A stretch of 63,932 nt of DNA, filler included, from Diploschistes diacapsis (taxonomy: Eukaryota), in assembly GCA_023645945.1 (NCBI GenBank). It is 4 parts of 4 records of this genome, joined end to end, with 100 filler letters (N's around TTAATTAATTAA, not from the genome) between each part and the next. Parts side by side here need not be neighbours in the genome. Positions count along the whole stretch, not along the records: positions 33,219 to 49,693 come from JALAIB010000505.1; 3 more parts are not named here. The stretch is one strand, 5' to 3'. The position numbers were made by a program, and so were the translations under genes. Shown piece by piece: positions 35,522 through 48,932 of the stretch (within the stretch, counting starts at the first letter, position 1; every line of letters starts with the position of its first letter). The notes under the pieces were generated by a model. It was not told the DNA's origin, ran no database searches, and worked only from the letters and a program-made list of their open reading frames with translations.

Positions 35522-36972
35522 CTATATATCACATGAAACGTAGGTGGAGCTTGCCAGCTGCCTGCACGGACCTTCGCACCATTGAATCGTAGATAACCAC
35601 GGGGAGTGAGCAATGGGACGTTGATCAAAGCAAAAACAGGCCAAGCGTGCCGATACTGTATAGCGGTAGTGAGTGTAATCGCGTAGGAGGCAATCAGGGC
35701 AGAGAAACTGGCGAAAGATGCTGATCAAGCTTGCTATTTCAGGGCTTTGTGGCTTGTATCTGTGCAGTAGGTGTAGGTGACGGTCCCAGCAACCTGCAGA
35801 CCAAAACAAGTGATTCCGAGGCCAAAGGCAATCTCTACCCAACTTGAAGTCTTGGAATGACTGATGCACACCCCGTCAATGATGATACCTATCGGCGCTA
35901 GCAATGCGAGCCACAAGGCGTCAAAACGAGGTTCAGCGGTACGCTTTCCACTTTGGCGTTTTGCGTGGCGATAAAACCATCTAGTCGGCGAAGCAGCCTG
36001 CACTAGCTTCGCCCAGAAGACAGCCAATGTCAATGGAATGCTGAGAATAAGCCCAGTCTGTACGGTATTGAAGTGATAGAACTCGGAATAGACGGCAGAG
36101 CCAGTGGCTGATAGGAGCGCCAAGCGTAGCCGAAGCTCGTTATATTGTATAGCGTCGGCAGAAGGACGCATATATAGCGTGCCATGAAGATGGGTCTGGC
36201 GAAATCTTGTATATGTGGCTTGCGGTCTTTGATTCGAGTACCGCGAAAGATCAACCTATTTAGGTAGGTCTGCTCAGGCCACTGTAGCCTCTCCGATATC
36301 TGTTTCCGAAGGAGAGAGTCTCGGGGAGGCAGAAGATGGTAAACACAAACATGTCCAGCTGAATGTAGCCAGGAATGGTAGAGCACAAATCTCTAGCCCA
36401 GATTTTGGGGAATAAAACCGCCTACCAGACGCAAAATGAGACCTGTTATTCAAGAACCATGTATAGAAGCCCATATATGTCCCCTTGTCACGAAGGGAAT
36501 AGATGTCACAAATAGTAGCAGCGCCCATCGCAGCGCTTCCGGCTCCAAGACCATTGAATACGCGGGTCGCCAACACTCCTAACCATGCTGAGCAGTTCCC
36601 AGCGGCTACGTTAGTCACTGCAGCCAAGTATAGGACGTCGCCCGTAAATATTGGCGAGTGGGACAATGAACCACGGTGGTATTTTAGAACATATCAGATA
36701 AACTGTGTATATGGCGTTTGAATGGTGCTTATGCCAAAAACGCTGAATTGACAACGGCAGCTCCGAATGGGTCCAAGAAAGCCAGGAAGGAGACTCGAAA
36801 GAGAATGAGGAACTTGTGTGCCGATGACAATGTCTATCACATATTCACATTCTTAGAAGCAGCCAGACAGGGGTCAAAGCGTTAAAGCATACAAGAGGAT
36901 CGTCTCTTCGCTTCTCCGTCTCTTTGGACTGTTAGCGTAATCACTAGGCTTCGCCCTTTTTATTGTCTCCAT
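35522..36972 (-). pseudogene. MFS transporter (DHA1-like) pseudogene
   Basis: TRVFNGLGAGS..MGAATICDIYSLRDKGTYMG, YHFNTVQTGL, EPRF.ALW, YTYCTD, with many frameshifts and stops. Confidence 0.85.
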
Positions 36973-37142
36973 TTGGCATAGTCTTAATGACTGTGCTAAT
37001 AATTCGTCCCGCTGGAGCTCATAACTGCAACTTTGGTTTGTGCCGAGGTGTCAACCACGATACCTTCCTTGATAACTTCATCTTCCTTTGATCGCCTAAT
37101 GTAGCTCTGCGACCAGGGTGCTACCTACTTCCATATGCCTCC

Positions 37143-38741
37143 ATGGTGCTGTCCAGCGATGACTGCGACGACTGCGTACCTAGCTACCTGCAGTCCGAAG
37201 ACAGGACCTTTGTCGCGGTAGCCATTTCCTCGCTGCCCTTCTTCGTTACTTTTCTCATCGTTGCGACGATTGTCAAGCAACGAATATTCCCATTACTTTC
37301 TGGAGATGGTTCGATCAAGCTTGGACAAAATGGCGCAGCTCTCTTTCAGCCTTCGGCGGGCTCGCGCATGTCGAACTCTAGATTGTCAGAAAATCCCATT
37401 AAACAGGCTTCAGCCGTTGCCTTCTCAGCGACGATAGCATTGGCGCTAGTGCTGGCGGAGCTGGTCCTTTGCGAGATATCAGACACCCTCGACCCCACCG
37501 CGCGTGGCATTGCGCTTCGAACTACCATCTTTCTTCTCCTCATTCTTCTTGTTGGGATCATACCGTCGCTTGAGATACAGTCCCTTGTCGGTGCAGCGGG
37601 CTGGCATTATACTGGACAAGATGCAGGGAGGTTGAGAACAGCTTGGCTTTTGCATGGGATATTCTTCGGTGCCTGGCTATTCGGCTTCTGGGCTAGTGGA
37701 CACGTCATACTCGCTCGACACCGTGAAGAGGCGGGCATCCGCGAGCACCCTGGGATAGTCAACTCCACCACCGAGCACGTCGGCGTTATCGGTATCTCGC
37801 TAATGGCCCTCCTCTCCGCCTTCGCCGCCGTTTCCGCGCCCTACCAATCCTTCATCGCCTCCCCGAAACCCGTCAGCGAAACAACCGTATCCCGCAAACT
37901 CGCCGGCCTGAATTCAACAAGGGACCTCCTCGAAACCAAACGCTCCCGCCTCCGCGCTATCGAACGCAAACTCTCCGAATCTGCCCCAGAAGGCTTTCTC
38001 CAAAGAGCAATGGGCACCTTCCGCAGCAACACCGACGCCACCGAGAAACGGACCCTCGAAATGGAAGTCTCCGGCCTAGAAAACATGTCCCTCTCCCTCT
38101 CCACCCACCACGCCCTGCTCTCCTCGCGCCTCGCCTACCAGCGCCGCGCCCGCACGCCTCTCGGCCGCGCCCTGGCCATCGTCGACGCCCTCTTCTCCGC
38201 CTACTGCCTCTACCGCATCCTCGCTATGACGCTCACTTTCGCTCGCCGGCGCCTGGCCCCGCCCAACACCCCCTTCGTCGGCGCAGACCCCATCAACAAC
38301 ATCCTCGCCCTCCTCATCCGCCACTACGACTCCCAGCTCGACCGCGCCGCCTGGACGCGCCAGATCTCCTTTCTGCTGTCCGGCATCATGCTCATCGCGT
38401 CGCTCAACTCGGTCCGCCAGACCTTCCACTTCTTCGCGCGCTTCATGCCCGGCATCTTGCGCGCAATGCAGGCGAATCTGCCGCTGCTTGTGGCGCAGAT
38501 ATGTGCGACATACGTGATCAGCGTGGCGTTGCTGCTGAGAGGGATCATGCCGGCGCAGGTGGTGGGCGAGAGGCTGAGGGCGTTGGGGAGCAGGGACTTG
38601 CTGTGGGTGGATGGGTGGTTTGAGGGATGGTTCCTTGCGGGCGTGGCGGTCACGACTGTGGGGGTGTGGGTTGCGGCGAAGATAAGGGGGATCGAGGAGT
38701 GGGATGATGAGGAGGATGTGGAGATGGGGAAGATGTCTTGA
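37143..38741 (+). CDS. GPR89: Golgi pH regulator / GPR89 (ABA-GPCR-like) membrane protein
   Basis: Intact 532-aa ORF with ELVLCEISD, VGVIGISLMALLS.FAAVSAP, YCLYRI, DPI, ISFLLSGIML, YVISVALLLR. Confidence 0.9.
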   Translation: MVLSSDDCDDCVPSYLQSEDRTFVAVAISSLPFFVTFLIVATIVKQRIFPLLSGDGSIKLGQNGAALFQPSAGSRMSNSRLSENPIKQASAVAFSATIALALVLAELVLCEISDTLDPTARGIALRTTIFLLLILLVGIIPSLEIQSLVGAAGWHYTGQDAGRLRTAWLLHGIFFGAWLFGFWASGHVILARHREEAGIREHPGIVNSTTEHVGVIGISLMALLSAFAAVSAPYQSFIASPKPVSETTVSRKLAGLNSTRDLLETKRSRLRAIERKLSESAPEGFLQRAMGTFRSNTDATEKRTLEMEVSGLENMSLSLSTHHALLSSRLAYQRRARTPLGRALAIVDALFSAYCLYRILAMTLTFARRRLAPPNTPFVGADPINNILALLIRHYDSQLDRAAWTRQISFLLSGIMLIASLNSVRQTFHFFARFMPGILRAMQANLPLLVAQICATYVISVALLLRGIMPAQVVGERLRALGSRDLLWVDGWFEGWFLAGVAVTTVGVWVAAKIRGIEEWDDEEDVEMGKMS

Positions 38742-39138
38742 TGTGTTTTAGTTCTTTGAGGCATTTGCATTGCGCCGGCGGTTATGGACCATGATACCTG
38801 GTAGGGGGAGCCCTGGGAGACCATGGGTGATGTATGCTCACAGAGTATAATTCCGGGTTTCTCGTCCGAGGATCTTTCCATTTCATAACTTTCATCAAAG
38901 TTTCTGCTTTCCACAGACACTCTAACTACGAAAATGTGCATGCATGTCGCTACTAGTACCGCTCCACAGCGTATCTTCCATAGATCAGGGTGAAGGGAAC
39001 CGAACCAACCACGTCAGACTCCAGCACCATATGATATCGAAAAGTATCCCAGGGTATCACACAACCCACCCCAAGCGCCACAAAGATAAGCCCATGCAAT
39101 GAAGAGCGCTGCAAAAATACAACAGCAGGAAAATGACC

Positions 39139-40376
39139 CTACCACCTGTTGCCGAGATCCAGCACATAACGACGATCGACCTCCATCTCCTGGTTCGCAT
39201 CGTCCTCGAATTTCAAGCGGTATGTATCCTTGCTCAGGCCCATGACCTCTGCGCGATAGAAAGTAGTCGTTTCCGGGTAGCGCGCAAGCACAAATTTCCC
39301 GACAGGGTAGTCCGTGAAGGAGGCGTCCGGGCCTGGGATGGCGATGAGGGCGGTGGCAGAGGTTCTGTATATGTCGCCTCTGGCGCCGTTCTCGTCGGGC
39401 TCGGGATCTTGCACCTCATACCTAAAACCAGTTCAGAAATACACTCTCCCCATAAAAGAATGTGGAAACGCACCGCTTCTTGTTCCCAATATCAGTAACA
39501 GTAATGATCGTGCACTGAATCCACTGCCCCCCGTCCTCCTTCGGCTTGGCCTGCTTGTACGCCACCTCGGCCCCAACATAGAACTTGCCTGCACGCTCTG
39601 CGCTCGACCCCTTCGCCCCATCGAACCCATCATCCACCTTCAAACCAGAGTCTCTGCCATCGCGCGTCGATGCGACCGACGTGCTACGAACTGAGTTGCT
39701 CTTGATCCTGACGGTGGGTATCTGGACCGTCGGTGGCGGGCCAGGCGAGTCCGCGGCGCCGTCGAGATCGGCTCTGAAGGGCTTCTGCTTGCGGATCTTG
39801 GGGAGGGTGGGGGCCCGTTGGGGGGGCGCTTCGCGCGTGGCTTCGCTGAGGGCCTTGAGGATCTCGACATTGCGGATGAGATCGGTAGGCTCTTCGTTCA
39901 GCATCCGGTTTTCCTCGGAGGAGAGCTTGAGGAGTTCGCGGTAGAGGGCTTCGAGCTCGTTCACGTCTTTTTGGCTGAGTTCTGCGAGTCATTAGGAGCA
40001 AAGACTTGAAGACACCGAAAGTAAAGGAAGGCAAATTGAGACTTTTATCCCCGAGCGAAGAAGCATTGGGTCACAATAACAAGAAACTTATACACAGTCA
40101 AATTGCTTCAATATACATCTTCTTGTAAACATCTGCCAGTGACTACATGGACATTATTAGAAACAGGAAGAGGGGAATGTGTATACTTTTGGAGGTCTCC
40201 AGCTCCTTGTTCTCCCCCTCCTTTTTCTTAATCTTGTCCCCAAGCTCCATTTGGCGCTTCTGGATGCCACTCAGCTTCTCAAGATCTTTTTTGATCTGAT
40301 TCCACATCGTGATCTCCTCGTGGGCTTCCGCATCGTCCTTGATAGCCCCGTTACGGGGACGGCTGCGCACAGACAT
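39139..40376 (-). CDS. SGF29: SAGA complex subunit Sgf29 (tandem Tudor), 3 exons
   Basis: G.EVAYKQ..WIQC; YEVQDPEPDE; VLARYPETTTFYRAEV; YRLKFEDD..VDRRYVL. Confidence 0.95.
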
Positions 40377-40965
40377 TCCAGAGAAACCTCCAATTCAGTT
40401 GGTAAGTGGAAAAGGGATAGAGTGCATTTAACAAAGGGCCTAAGTTCCGTTATATGGTAAAAAAGAGAACGAGAATGTGTTCGTAATGATTCCAGCATTT
40501 ACAATATTCTTTATGAGCTGTGAACGCTGTTTGCATGCTCAACCTTGCTGGAAGCGGACCAGGATTGTCAAGCATTTGTCTTGACTTGGAAGCCTTTGCA
40601 TACTCTAATTTGCAAAACTCATCGAGACCAGATGGAATACGCTCACCCTGTGAGCATTATGGTCTGCTGTTGAACTTGGGAACAGTTGTTTTTCCTCGTC
40701 ATAACAGTCTACGTCCGATTGGCTGGGGGTCACGTGCATGGATCCGCGATATACACTTTCTTCTACTATCCAACCATTAGCCTTGAACAGCATTGGTGGC
40801 TGTAAGGGTCTTGGGCATTACCTACACATTCGTATATTGATTGAAAACATCATCTAAGCCTTTGAAAACAAGATCAATATAGTTAAGTATTGAGAAAAGG
40901 AAAAGCCGTATCCAAGAGATCGAAAAATAGGATTGAGAGAGTTTGTACGAGTCGAACAAGGCAAG

Positions 40966-42571
40966 ATGCAATTGCCTCTTCTACGCCTTCAGTGTGGTAA
41001 GTCTGAAGCTATAGTAGCAAGAATGAAGCTGAAAAGATTTAGGGGTAAATAGCTATGAGTGGGGTTGGTCGATACCAAGGATTGTTTGTACACAGTCAGG
41101 CTGAAATAGTCCAACAGGGAAAGTTGGGAAAGAATCTGTTGCTGCAAAGTTTGCCGCGGCAACAGCAGCCAATGGTTTCTCGATACAGGAGGAGAAGCCG
41201 TACGCCGAAGTAACTAGATTGATTGCTTAAGAGACCCTTGAACGTTGACGAAGCTATTAGCTATGGATGGGAACACACCCTTCGCTGCCCTCCAAGGACC
41301 TGGAGACTCAAAGAAGCTTACTGGACATGGTTCAGGATAACCAAGCTTTGATGTCCCCAGAGATCACAAAGAAGTACGGAGGAAAACTACCATTTCTGTT
41401 CAAAGTGCTTTCAATCCGGAAGGCCTTGAGTATACAAGCCCACCCAAATAAGCAGCTTGCGGAACAGCTTCATTCTCGTGATCCCAAGAACTACCCTGGT
41501 AAAGCTTCTGGCCTGGAGGTTGCAGTAATTTAAACTAAGCTGCCAATAGATGATAACCACAAGCCTGAGATGACCATCGCTGTGACTCCTTTTGATGGAC
41601 TTTGTGGCTTTCGACCGCTTGCGGAGATCGCCCATTTCCTCCACACTGTCCCATCACTACGAAAAATTGTAGGAGATTCAGCCGCTGGGGAGTTCGAGAA
41701 AGCCATCGAAGGGCGGGCAACGTCAAGCTCAGAGCAAGACATGAAGTCTAATAAGAAGGCTTTGCAGATGGCCTTCTCAGCATTGATGACCTCAGGAAAG
41801 TCAGATGTCAGAAGCGCAGCCCAGGACCTTGTAGCCTCAGCCAAGGAAGAGGGAGATAAGTTCGCTGGAGGCGGAGGACCTTCTAACGATGGGAAGGAAT
41901 TAGCTGACCTTGTAGTCCGTTTGAATGGACAGTTCGAAGGCGATATTGGCCTCTTTGTCCTTTTCTTTCTCAACTATGTGAAGCTTGAGGTTGGTGAAGC
42001 CATGTTTCTCAAGGCTGATGACATCCATGCATACCTCAGTGGAGGTCAGTAGCCTTAGATCTCTAACCTCTTCTGGAATTCTCTAACAATCACAGATATT
42101 ATCGAATGCATGGCATCCTCGGATAACGTAGTCCGCGCTGGATTCACGCCAAAATACCAGGACATACCGACCCTCACGAATATGCTGACTTATTCTTATG
42201 CCCCCATTTCCGAGCAAAAGATGCATCCTACCGACTACCCTTACGTCAAGTTGAACACGACTGCGTACTCTTCAAATTCATCCGCAATCCTTTACGACCC
42301 GCCGATAGAGGAGTTCAGCGTAGTAAGGACGGAGCTCAACAAATCTGGTGCTAAAGCGACCTTCGAAGCTATCCAAGGTCCGAGCATCTTCATTTGTACC
42401 GGGGGCCACGGGAAGATAAGCGTAGGCCCTAAGACTGAAGAAGTCAAAGAGGGCTATGTCTTTTTTGTGGGCGCCACTGCAGAAGCTGTGCTCAAAAGTG
42501 CTGCGGACCAATTCACTACATTCAAAGCCTTCTGCGAGTTAGGTCACGAAGCTCAACAGAACGGAGCGTGA
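40966..42571 (+). CDS. PMI40: Mannose-6-phosphate isomerase, class I, 6 exons
   Basis: [75 protein letters not shown]. Confidence 0.98.
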
Positions 42572-43254
42572 ATTTAACCCCTATTGCCCCTAACAGCGTG
42601 GTAGTTGAGGACACAACCTTATGTTATGTATGATGATCAAATACAATGATAATATGGCTTTCATGAAATACGCTCCTGATGCCATAAGGATAGCTTACAA
42701 TTCACATCAGGTTCAGACACCTTCTCACGCTCTTATCGAAAGTCCTGGATTTGTGAGACTGCAAGGCACGCTACAGTAGGATAAGTCCTGCCCTTGCTTT
42801 TGTGCACCACACTGTAATTGCTTTTTTCCAGACTTCACGTCTTAGTGCACCTTTTGCGTTGTTTCTGAAGCCATTAACAAGCCAGCCTTGTGGAAATGTG
42901 ATTTTCTCGGAGTCCTGCAGTCTGCAAGTTGTGTTCGTGGCGCAAAAAAAACACAAAGCCCAACGCGCAATACGTAAAGGTGTAACTTAATGGAGGAAAA
43001 AGAAAAAGGATATCAGGATTGGATTTGAATGACGGCTCGGCCCGAATAGATAGATGGATAGATAGATGGTCCGTGCACTTAAAGGTAGCTTTGGTAAACT
43101 TCAAGTTGACTTCAACGACCCTGGACGATTCTTACTTACGACCAGTAGACGCGTTCTCAAGCTTCTGCTCTAAGGCCTCGAAACCCGTCTACAAGGCAGC
43201 TTGATCCAGTTTTAACCTGTTTAGACAGCCGCAGCTGTTTCGAAAGAATCCGGC

Positions 43255-43801
43255 ATGTCTTCAACACCTCCGCATATCAAGCGTCTTCAACGGGAGCTGG
43301 CCTCAGTGACTTCGACTCCGCTACCGGTCTGCCTTCTCCAGCTAGAGCCTGTCTCAGATAACGACATACAACATTGGAGGGCTGTGATGAAAGGCCCCCC
43401 CAACACAGCCTATGAACACGGAGCATGGCTGCTAGATATACGGGTATCGGAAGCCTACCCAATGAAGAGTCCTGAAGTGAAGTTCGCAACGAGATGCTGC
43501 CATCCAAATATTCATTGGCAGGTACGCAGCCCAGAATATCTTGAGCAAAGCATTATGGTCTCTGGCTGACTGGTTTCATTTTTAGACAGGAGAGATCTGC
43601 CTTGATTTATTAAAGGACCAGTGGTCGGCTGTAAACACCCTTGTGACCACTCTTGAGGCTATTTATCACATGTTCAACTACCCAGAACCAGACAGTCCAT
43701 TGAATGTTGATATCGCAGTTCTGATGCGCAACGGAGATCTCATTGGAGCCGAAAGCGTGATACGGTGGGCATGCAATGAGTGGCAATGGGAAGGGCGATA
43801 G
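43255..43801 (+). CDS. PEX4: Ubiquitin-conjugating enzyme E2, Pex4-like, 2 exons
   Basis: HPNIHWQ|TGEICLDLLKDQWS; PEPDSPLNVDIAVLMRQGDLIGAESV. Intron at 43522-43585. Confidence 0.88.
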
Positions 43802-46439
43802 TCATTTGAGGTGCGGGACTACGAGCTTACGATCTCATGTTCACGAGGAATATGGCGGCCTTTTGTAACGAAAAGACTGGGCGTAGGGAGTAGTTTGGCC
43901 AGTACCGAATGTTCTGATTCGCTTTTGGCCTCTCAGAGGCTACTGCAATGGCACGCTCCTATATTGCAACGCCAAAAGCCCTCTGGCGCTTACAACAAGA
44001 AGGTTGGTGAGAGATTATTTGTATCTTGATTTCAAAGGGGATTTCATGCAGATGGGTTTCTCAGTTGACTTAGATTTGATTTCATTCCTGCAATTCTCTC
44101 GAATCTTCCAGCACAGACCATCACTCGATACACTGGCTACTTTCCCACAGTGTAAGACCTTGCTCGGCTTGAGTCCTCCACCTCCTCGCAATCACTCTTA
44201 GGTCTCTCAGTGAAGTGAAGGGCACCATGGATTGTCCTCGTATGCGGCTTCAATTCATTAGCAACTCCTCTGCAGCTTCCAACCATACGCATACCTCGGC
44301 AGCCCATTCAGGCTAGCAAGGGTGTCCACAGCCTGGACAATACTTCCCCGGTATCACCCAAACCGTCTTTCCACTTTTCAAGCATTTGGGACATTTCACA
44401 CCAGGCATCTGGTTTCAGCGTCAGCGTACCTGATTATGGTGAAGGCTGACAGCTTTGCGCTAGTGTGCTGCTGTACTGCAATCTTACCGCTGCATTCTCA
44501 GTTGTTGATGTATCTCGAGCCTGCATGATAGGCTCCTTCAGAAGCCCGGACGCTTTGATTGATAAGCGCACAAACATATTGATGGTGAAAGTATTGGGCA
44601 AGTAACGGATAGCTGAATGGAAAGGCGAGTGAAGGAGGGAAGACGGTTTTGTCAAAGGGATTGAAGTATCGAAGCTGGGTAGGGCCCCAAGGCCTTTATA
44701 TATTCTCCCGAAACGCAGGTAGTACAGCCATTCATCCTCTTCAACGCTGGCTGCCCCTTCTATGGCAAGTTCATTACGGGTTTCTGCAGTATCAGCCTCG
44801 CTTCGGACAAAAAAATTGACAGGTACGACCATCCCTGATATGGATCGCTTGATCCTAAATTTGCTAGTGATCAGCCACCTTAGCCTAACCATAGAGTTCA
44901 TCGGTCGTTGCAAACATGGTCTGCAATTTACCGTGCATATCATGAGTGCTTCCGATGTGGTATACTTAGTGGGTAGGTTGAAAGTGTTCTCAAACATGTG
45001 GTCCCTGGTGAACTTCAACCCGGCATAGAGTTCCACGATCCATACACTCACTGCCACAAGGCTCCTGATCGCGTTTGGAGCTTCTCTGCGCTTTAATCAC
45101 CCATTCGATACCATCAGTTTTTGGTCCGAAAGGGTCAAAGTCAGCGAGCCTGGCCTTAGGGATGCTGTACGACTTATCTTAGTCCAGCTCTGTCTAGTGC
45201 CAAGACTAGTTTATGCCAAAGCAGTCACAATCAGAACCATATCACATTGCGCTTTCGCCTTCGAAGAGGCTTCCACTGCTCCTGCTCCGGAACGGTTTTA
45301 ATCAAAGTTCAAATCGAGACCCAACCTGTTCGTCTGCAGTCTGCCTTTTTTTAGCTCAAATGGATAGGTGAGCAAGGCATTGGGTGTCCTACTAAGCTAA
45401 AGAAGTTTCGCAATCTCGTTCTACTCTGCCTGCCTAACTCTGGTGCATAAGCGCAAAGTCCTTAACTCATGTGCTTTTTTCTGGCTTTGCATCCCTGTTA
45501 TAAGTAGCTCCTAAGTGGTCTGATCCCACGGATACTGTTCTGGACGTACTTGGTCCTTGCCTCTGGATTTCAGGGTCAGCAGACAGCGGGGACAATCGCA
45601 TGAGCATGACGGGGAGTTTTTACTCTCCTCCGTCAATATAGCTGTGGCAGTTAAGCTTGTCTTTGTATTACACAAGCTGCATCTGTCCAGACAGAGACCG
45701 ATCTGATCCTATCCTATTCTAGCCAGACTCTCGTGCTGGGCTGTCAAATGATCATATCCCACCTACTTTGGCCAACCCCCTGACCGTGTTGTGTACGCAA
45801 GTCTCTGAGCTTCGAAAAACATTAAAGCCTGTCGAGATATGTCCTAAGGCCCGGCAAAAGACCCGGCAATGCAGTGCTCGGGGTATGGACCTAACGTCGA
45901 TCTCGCATGAAACTAGCTTGTCGGTTATAAAATAGTCTGTAAAGGCAGGGAACTCGATCCATGGTCCATACAGGTTAATCCTTAGACTGGATGGGAAGTT
46001 CAACTCGTGTCACAATTGAAGCAAAATCCCCTATCGAGGACGGCTCCTATGCAACGGAACCAGTCTTGACGCAATGTCTGTCCGATGTTTCGCGCATTCT
46101 TCATCCATCAGGCATGGTGCAAATTAGAGTTACTGGTCTGCTGTAGCCTTTCCCTCGTTTGCTCAAACTCAACCATCTTCGGGGTACTCGATAGTGCCAT
46201 GCAGGAGAACCACAGATGCATCTTTCAAAGTTGTTCGGACTACCTCGGTATAAGGGATGAAAGCAAGTGACATATCATCTGGCCATACTTCACCTGGCAA
46301 ACCATGGTCCCGAACATTTGTAGGCGCCGAGTTCAGAAGAGTGCATAAAATCAAAGCAAATAAAATATATTGGGTATCATATGCAGCGAGCAACATCGAC
46401 CAAGCACTGCCGGGCCACTGGATGGCCTCATTCCGCATG

Positions 46440-48932
46440 TCAGCCAAGCGTTTTTTCAATCTTGACCAACAGGACAGAATTGCAATGTGTGCCCTCAACA
46501 TCAAGCAAATGCAACAATCTGTATCCACTTCGCAACCTGTCCACTCTTATGCACGCCCACGCGAGCAGAATATCCTTACCAATGACGTCATCCTGAATCT
46601 TGAATCTGCAGGCACCGTTAGCGAGCGAGTTCGGTGGTACCTCTGAACCGCATCTTTGGCATATCACATTGAAAAACCAAGATGCACCCGGCCGCGTCGT
46701 ACACCAGCACATAGTAGAAGCTTTCTAGATAACCAGGCTGGGAGCAGTCATTGCTGATGCATGACGTGACGCATCATGCTGGCTCAGTGCTCTAGCGGCA
46801 GCGAAACCGAGATAGATGCAGTTTGCGTGAGGGTCATGAATGGAGACAACTCACCTCACAAAGCTTAATTCTTCCACAACAGATACCTCAGGGAACTGCA
46901 AACGCTCACCGCCAAAGTCAGGATCTGTACCTTTGCTGTTTTTCGTCCTTCGCTTGTGCTCCCCTTCTGTAGCCCTTCCACCACCGTCTATGGGGGCCCC
47001 TGTACGTTCCTCGGGCTTTTCAATATGTAGCTCGCATTTTACATAGCTAGGAAAGTTAGCGCTGAGTTTTCTGTCGGCGGCCAGACGCTGACGGATGCAG
47101 TTTCTCGAACCTCGAGATTCCTTTTGAGGGCAAGTCTTGCGCTGCGAGGATTTCCGCAGCAAGGTTCAGTTTCTTGTACGGCATGGCGTTAACTTGAGTT
47201 TCCTTCGTGATTGGCGCACCGCCGATTGCAGAACCCCAATAGCCTGCTGGTTTCAGTATCCATCCTCCGCTGCCATTGAATTGTGCTTCATTCAGCATTG
47301 AGCCCTAGAGAGGAACGATCCGAGTCAGCGCTTAGAGCTATCGGAAACTTTATTTGAGGGATGTTAAGGCATACTGCATCAAATCTTTGCCAATTCAGAG
47401 CTACCATCTGCACGCCTTTCCTCCAAAAGATCGTGGGATCAAGGTTCGAAGAAGAAACACGTTTTCCAGACGGAAAAGCACGCATCAAGTAGTTTTTGTT
47501 ATGACTGAAGAGGGTAGGTCCGTCGCTTTGATGGAGGCCCATCACTTTGCTCTCTGATAGCGAGAAGACGTGGGTTGGAAATGTTGCTTCTGGGGCTAAC
47601 AAGCTTTTGAAATGGTAGCCACGAGTGTACTTTGCCATTGCGCTCAGTGCTTCAATTATCGAGCTCTTCTTGGCCTTTGGCCTTGCACTGGAAGCCTCCT
47701 TTTCCTCTTCAGATTCGGATTCGCTATCATGCGGATGGCTTTTGTTTAGTCCCTTGGATGTTTCAGGAGTTTTCTTTGATGAAGCTTTTGCTTTGACCAA
47801 AATCTTGTTTCTCAGCTCTGCTGGAGAGGGCAGCACTTTTGGGTCTTCGGCTGGGACTTGTACTAGAAGGCCCCTCCAGCACTGTTCCATGATTTCTACC
47901 ATGATCTGCTGCTGCTCCGGTCCGGCGTGCACTTCCAAACTCACGATGACCGGCAGATTGCTGGATTTGTTATTTCGATACGAAGCTTTGGCAATGCTAC
48001 TTACCTGGCAACAAAAGCCGATTCCTTAATGGCTTCGCACACGTCCCTGAATGGGACCTCCTTCGTCAGCGTATGGCCGTGCAACACCCGTGGCTCCGCC
48101 CTCGTCTTGGTTGCTGCTGTTGTCCATGGTGCCGGCATGGCGTCTATGCTCTGCTTAGCAGAGGTAGTCTCTTTTGACTTTCCTGGCGAAGCGCCTCGGT
48201 GTTTCCGGATGGCGTCCGATATACGCGATCGAAACCCTTCCTTCTCTTCCTTCCCGCTATTTCCCACAGCCTTCTCTCTCTCCAATTTCTTTTCTTCGCC
48301 GTCCCATACATCAATTTCAACGCACCGGCATCCGCGGAGGAGGACCTATGCTACATGTTAGGCGAGGGACAGCAACGCAGCTTCTTGTATACTCATACGT
48401 TCTTGTACACCTCTGCGCTCGCATCTCCGTATAGTTGGTTCCCGCTGAGATACGTGTTGTGGCTCGTGGAGATGAAGTACGAAGCAAGGGGATGTGTCAT
48501 GTCGAGATCGATTTCTGACGGGGGCTTCATGGCATGCGAACTTGTACGGGTCATGTAATCTAGGAGCACACGGAGCTCAACTCGGTCCGGCTCACTCTTC
48601 ACGTCCTTGATCTGGCCACCTTCACATATTTCGAGCAATTGCTCATTGCTCGGCCGCCGGACTCCGCTGGAGATTTCCTTTAAGTAGGCCAAAAGCGAAG
48701 GACTGATTGTAGTAAGTTTACATGCCGGAAGACCGTTTTCGGGCATCTTAGTAGCGGCTGTACTATCAGAGACGGCCGCGATTGGAACTACTATAGGTGC
48801 AGTGCTTGTGGTGGCTGACTTGGCCATCGTAGCGTAGGCTGGCCTCTGCAGCTCTGCTCGTAATGTGGCCCGCGATGGAACCCTTTGTAAGGACGAATCG
48901 AGAATTTGGCGAGTAGTGAGGAATTGGGGCAT
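46440..48932 (-). CDS. Phosphoinositide-specific phospholipase C (X-Y-C2), 5 exons
   Basis: HPLASYFISTSHNTYLSGNQL; GCRCVEIDVWDG; EPRVLHG; VSLEVH; RAFP.G.RVSSSN; GVQMVALNWQ; C2 domain ending RLRSGYR. The start may instead be the ATG near 48827. Confidence 0.95.

Noticed and set aside
44434..46438. 207-aa ORF and neighbouring fragments on the minus strand
   Set aside because: No ATG-initiated coherent model or domain was recognised. It may be a decayed gene but cannot be supported.
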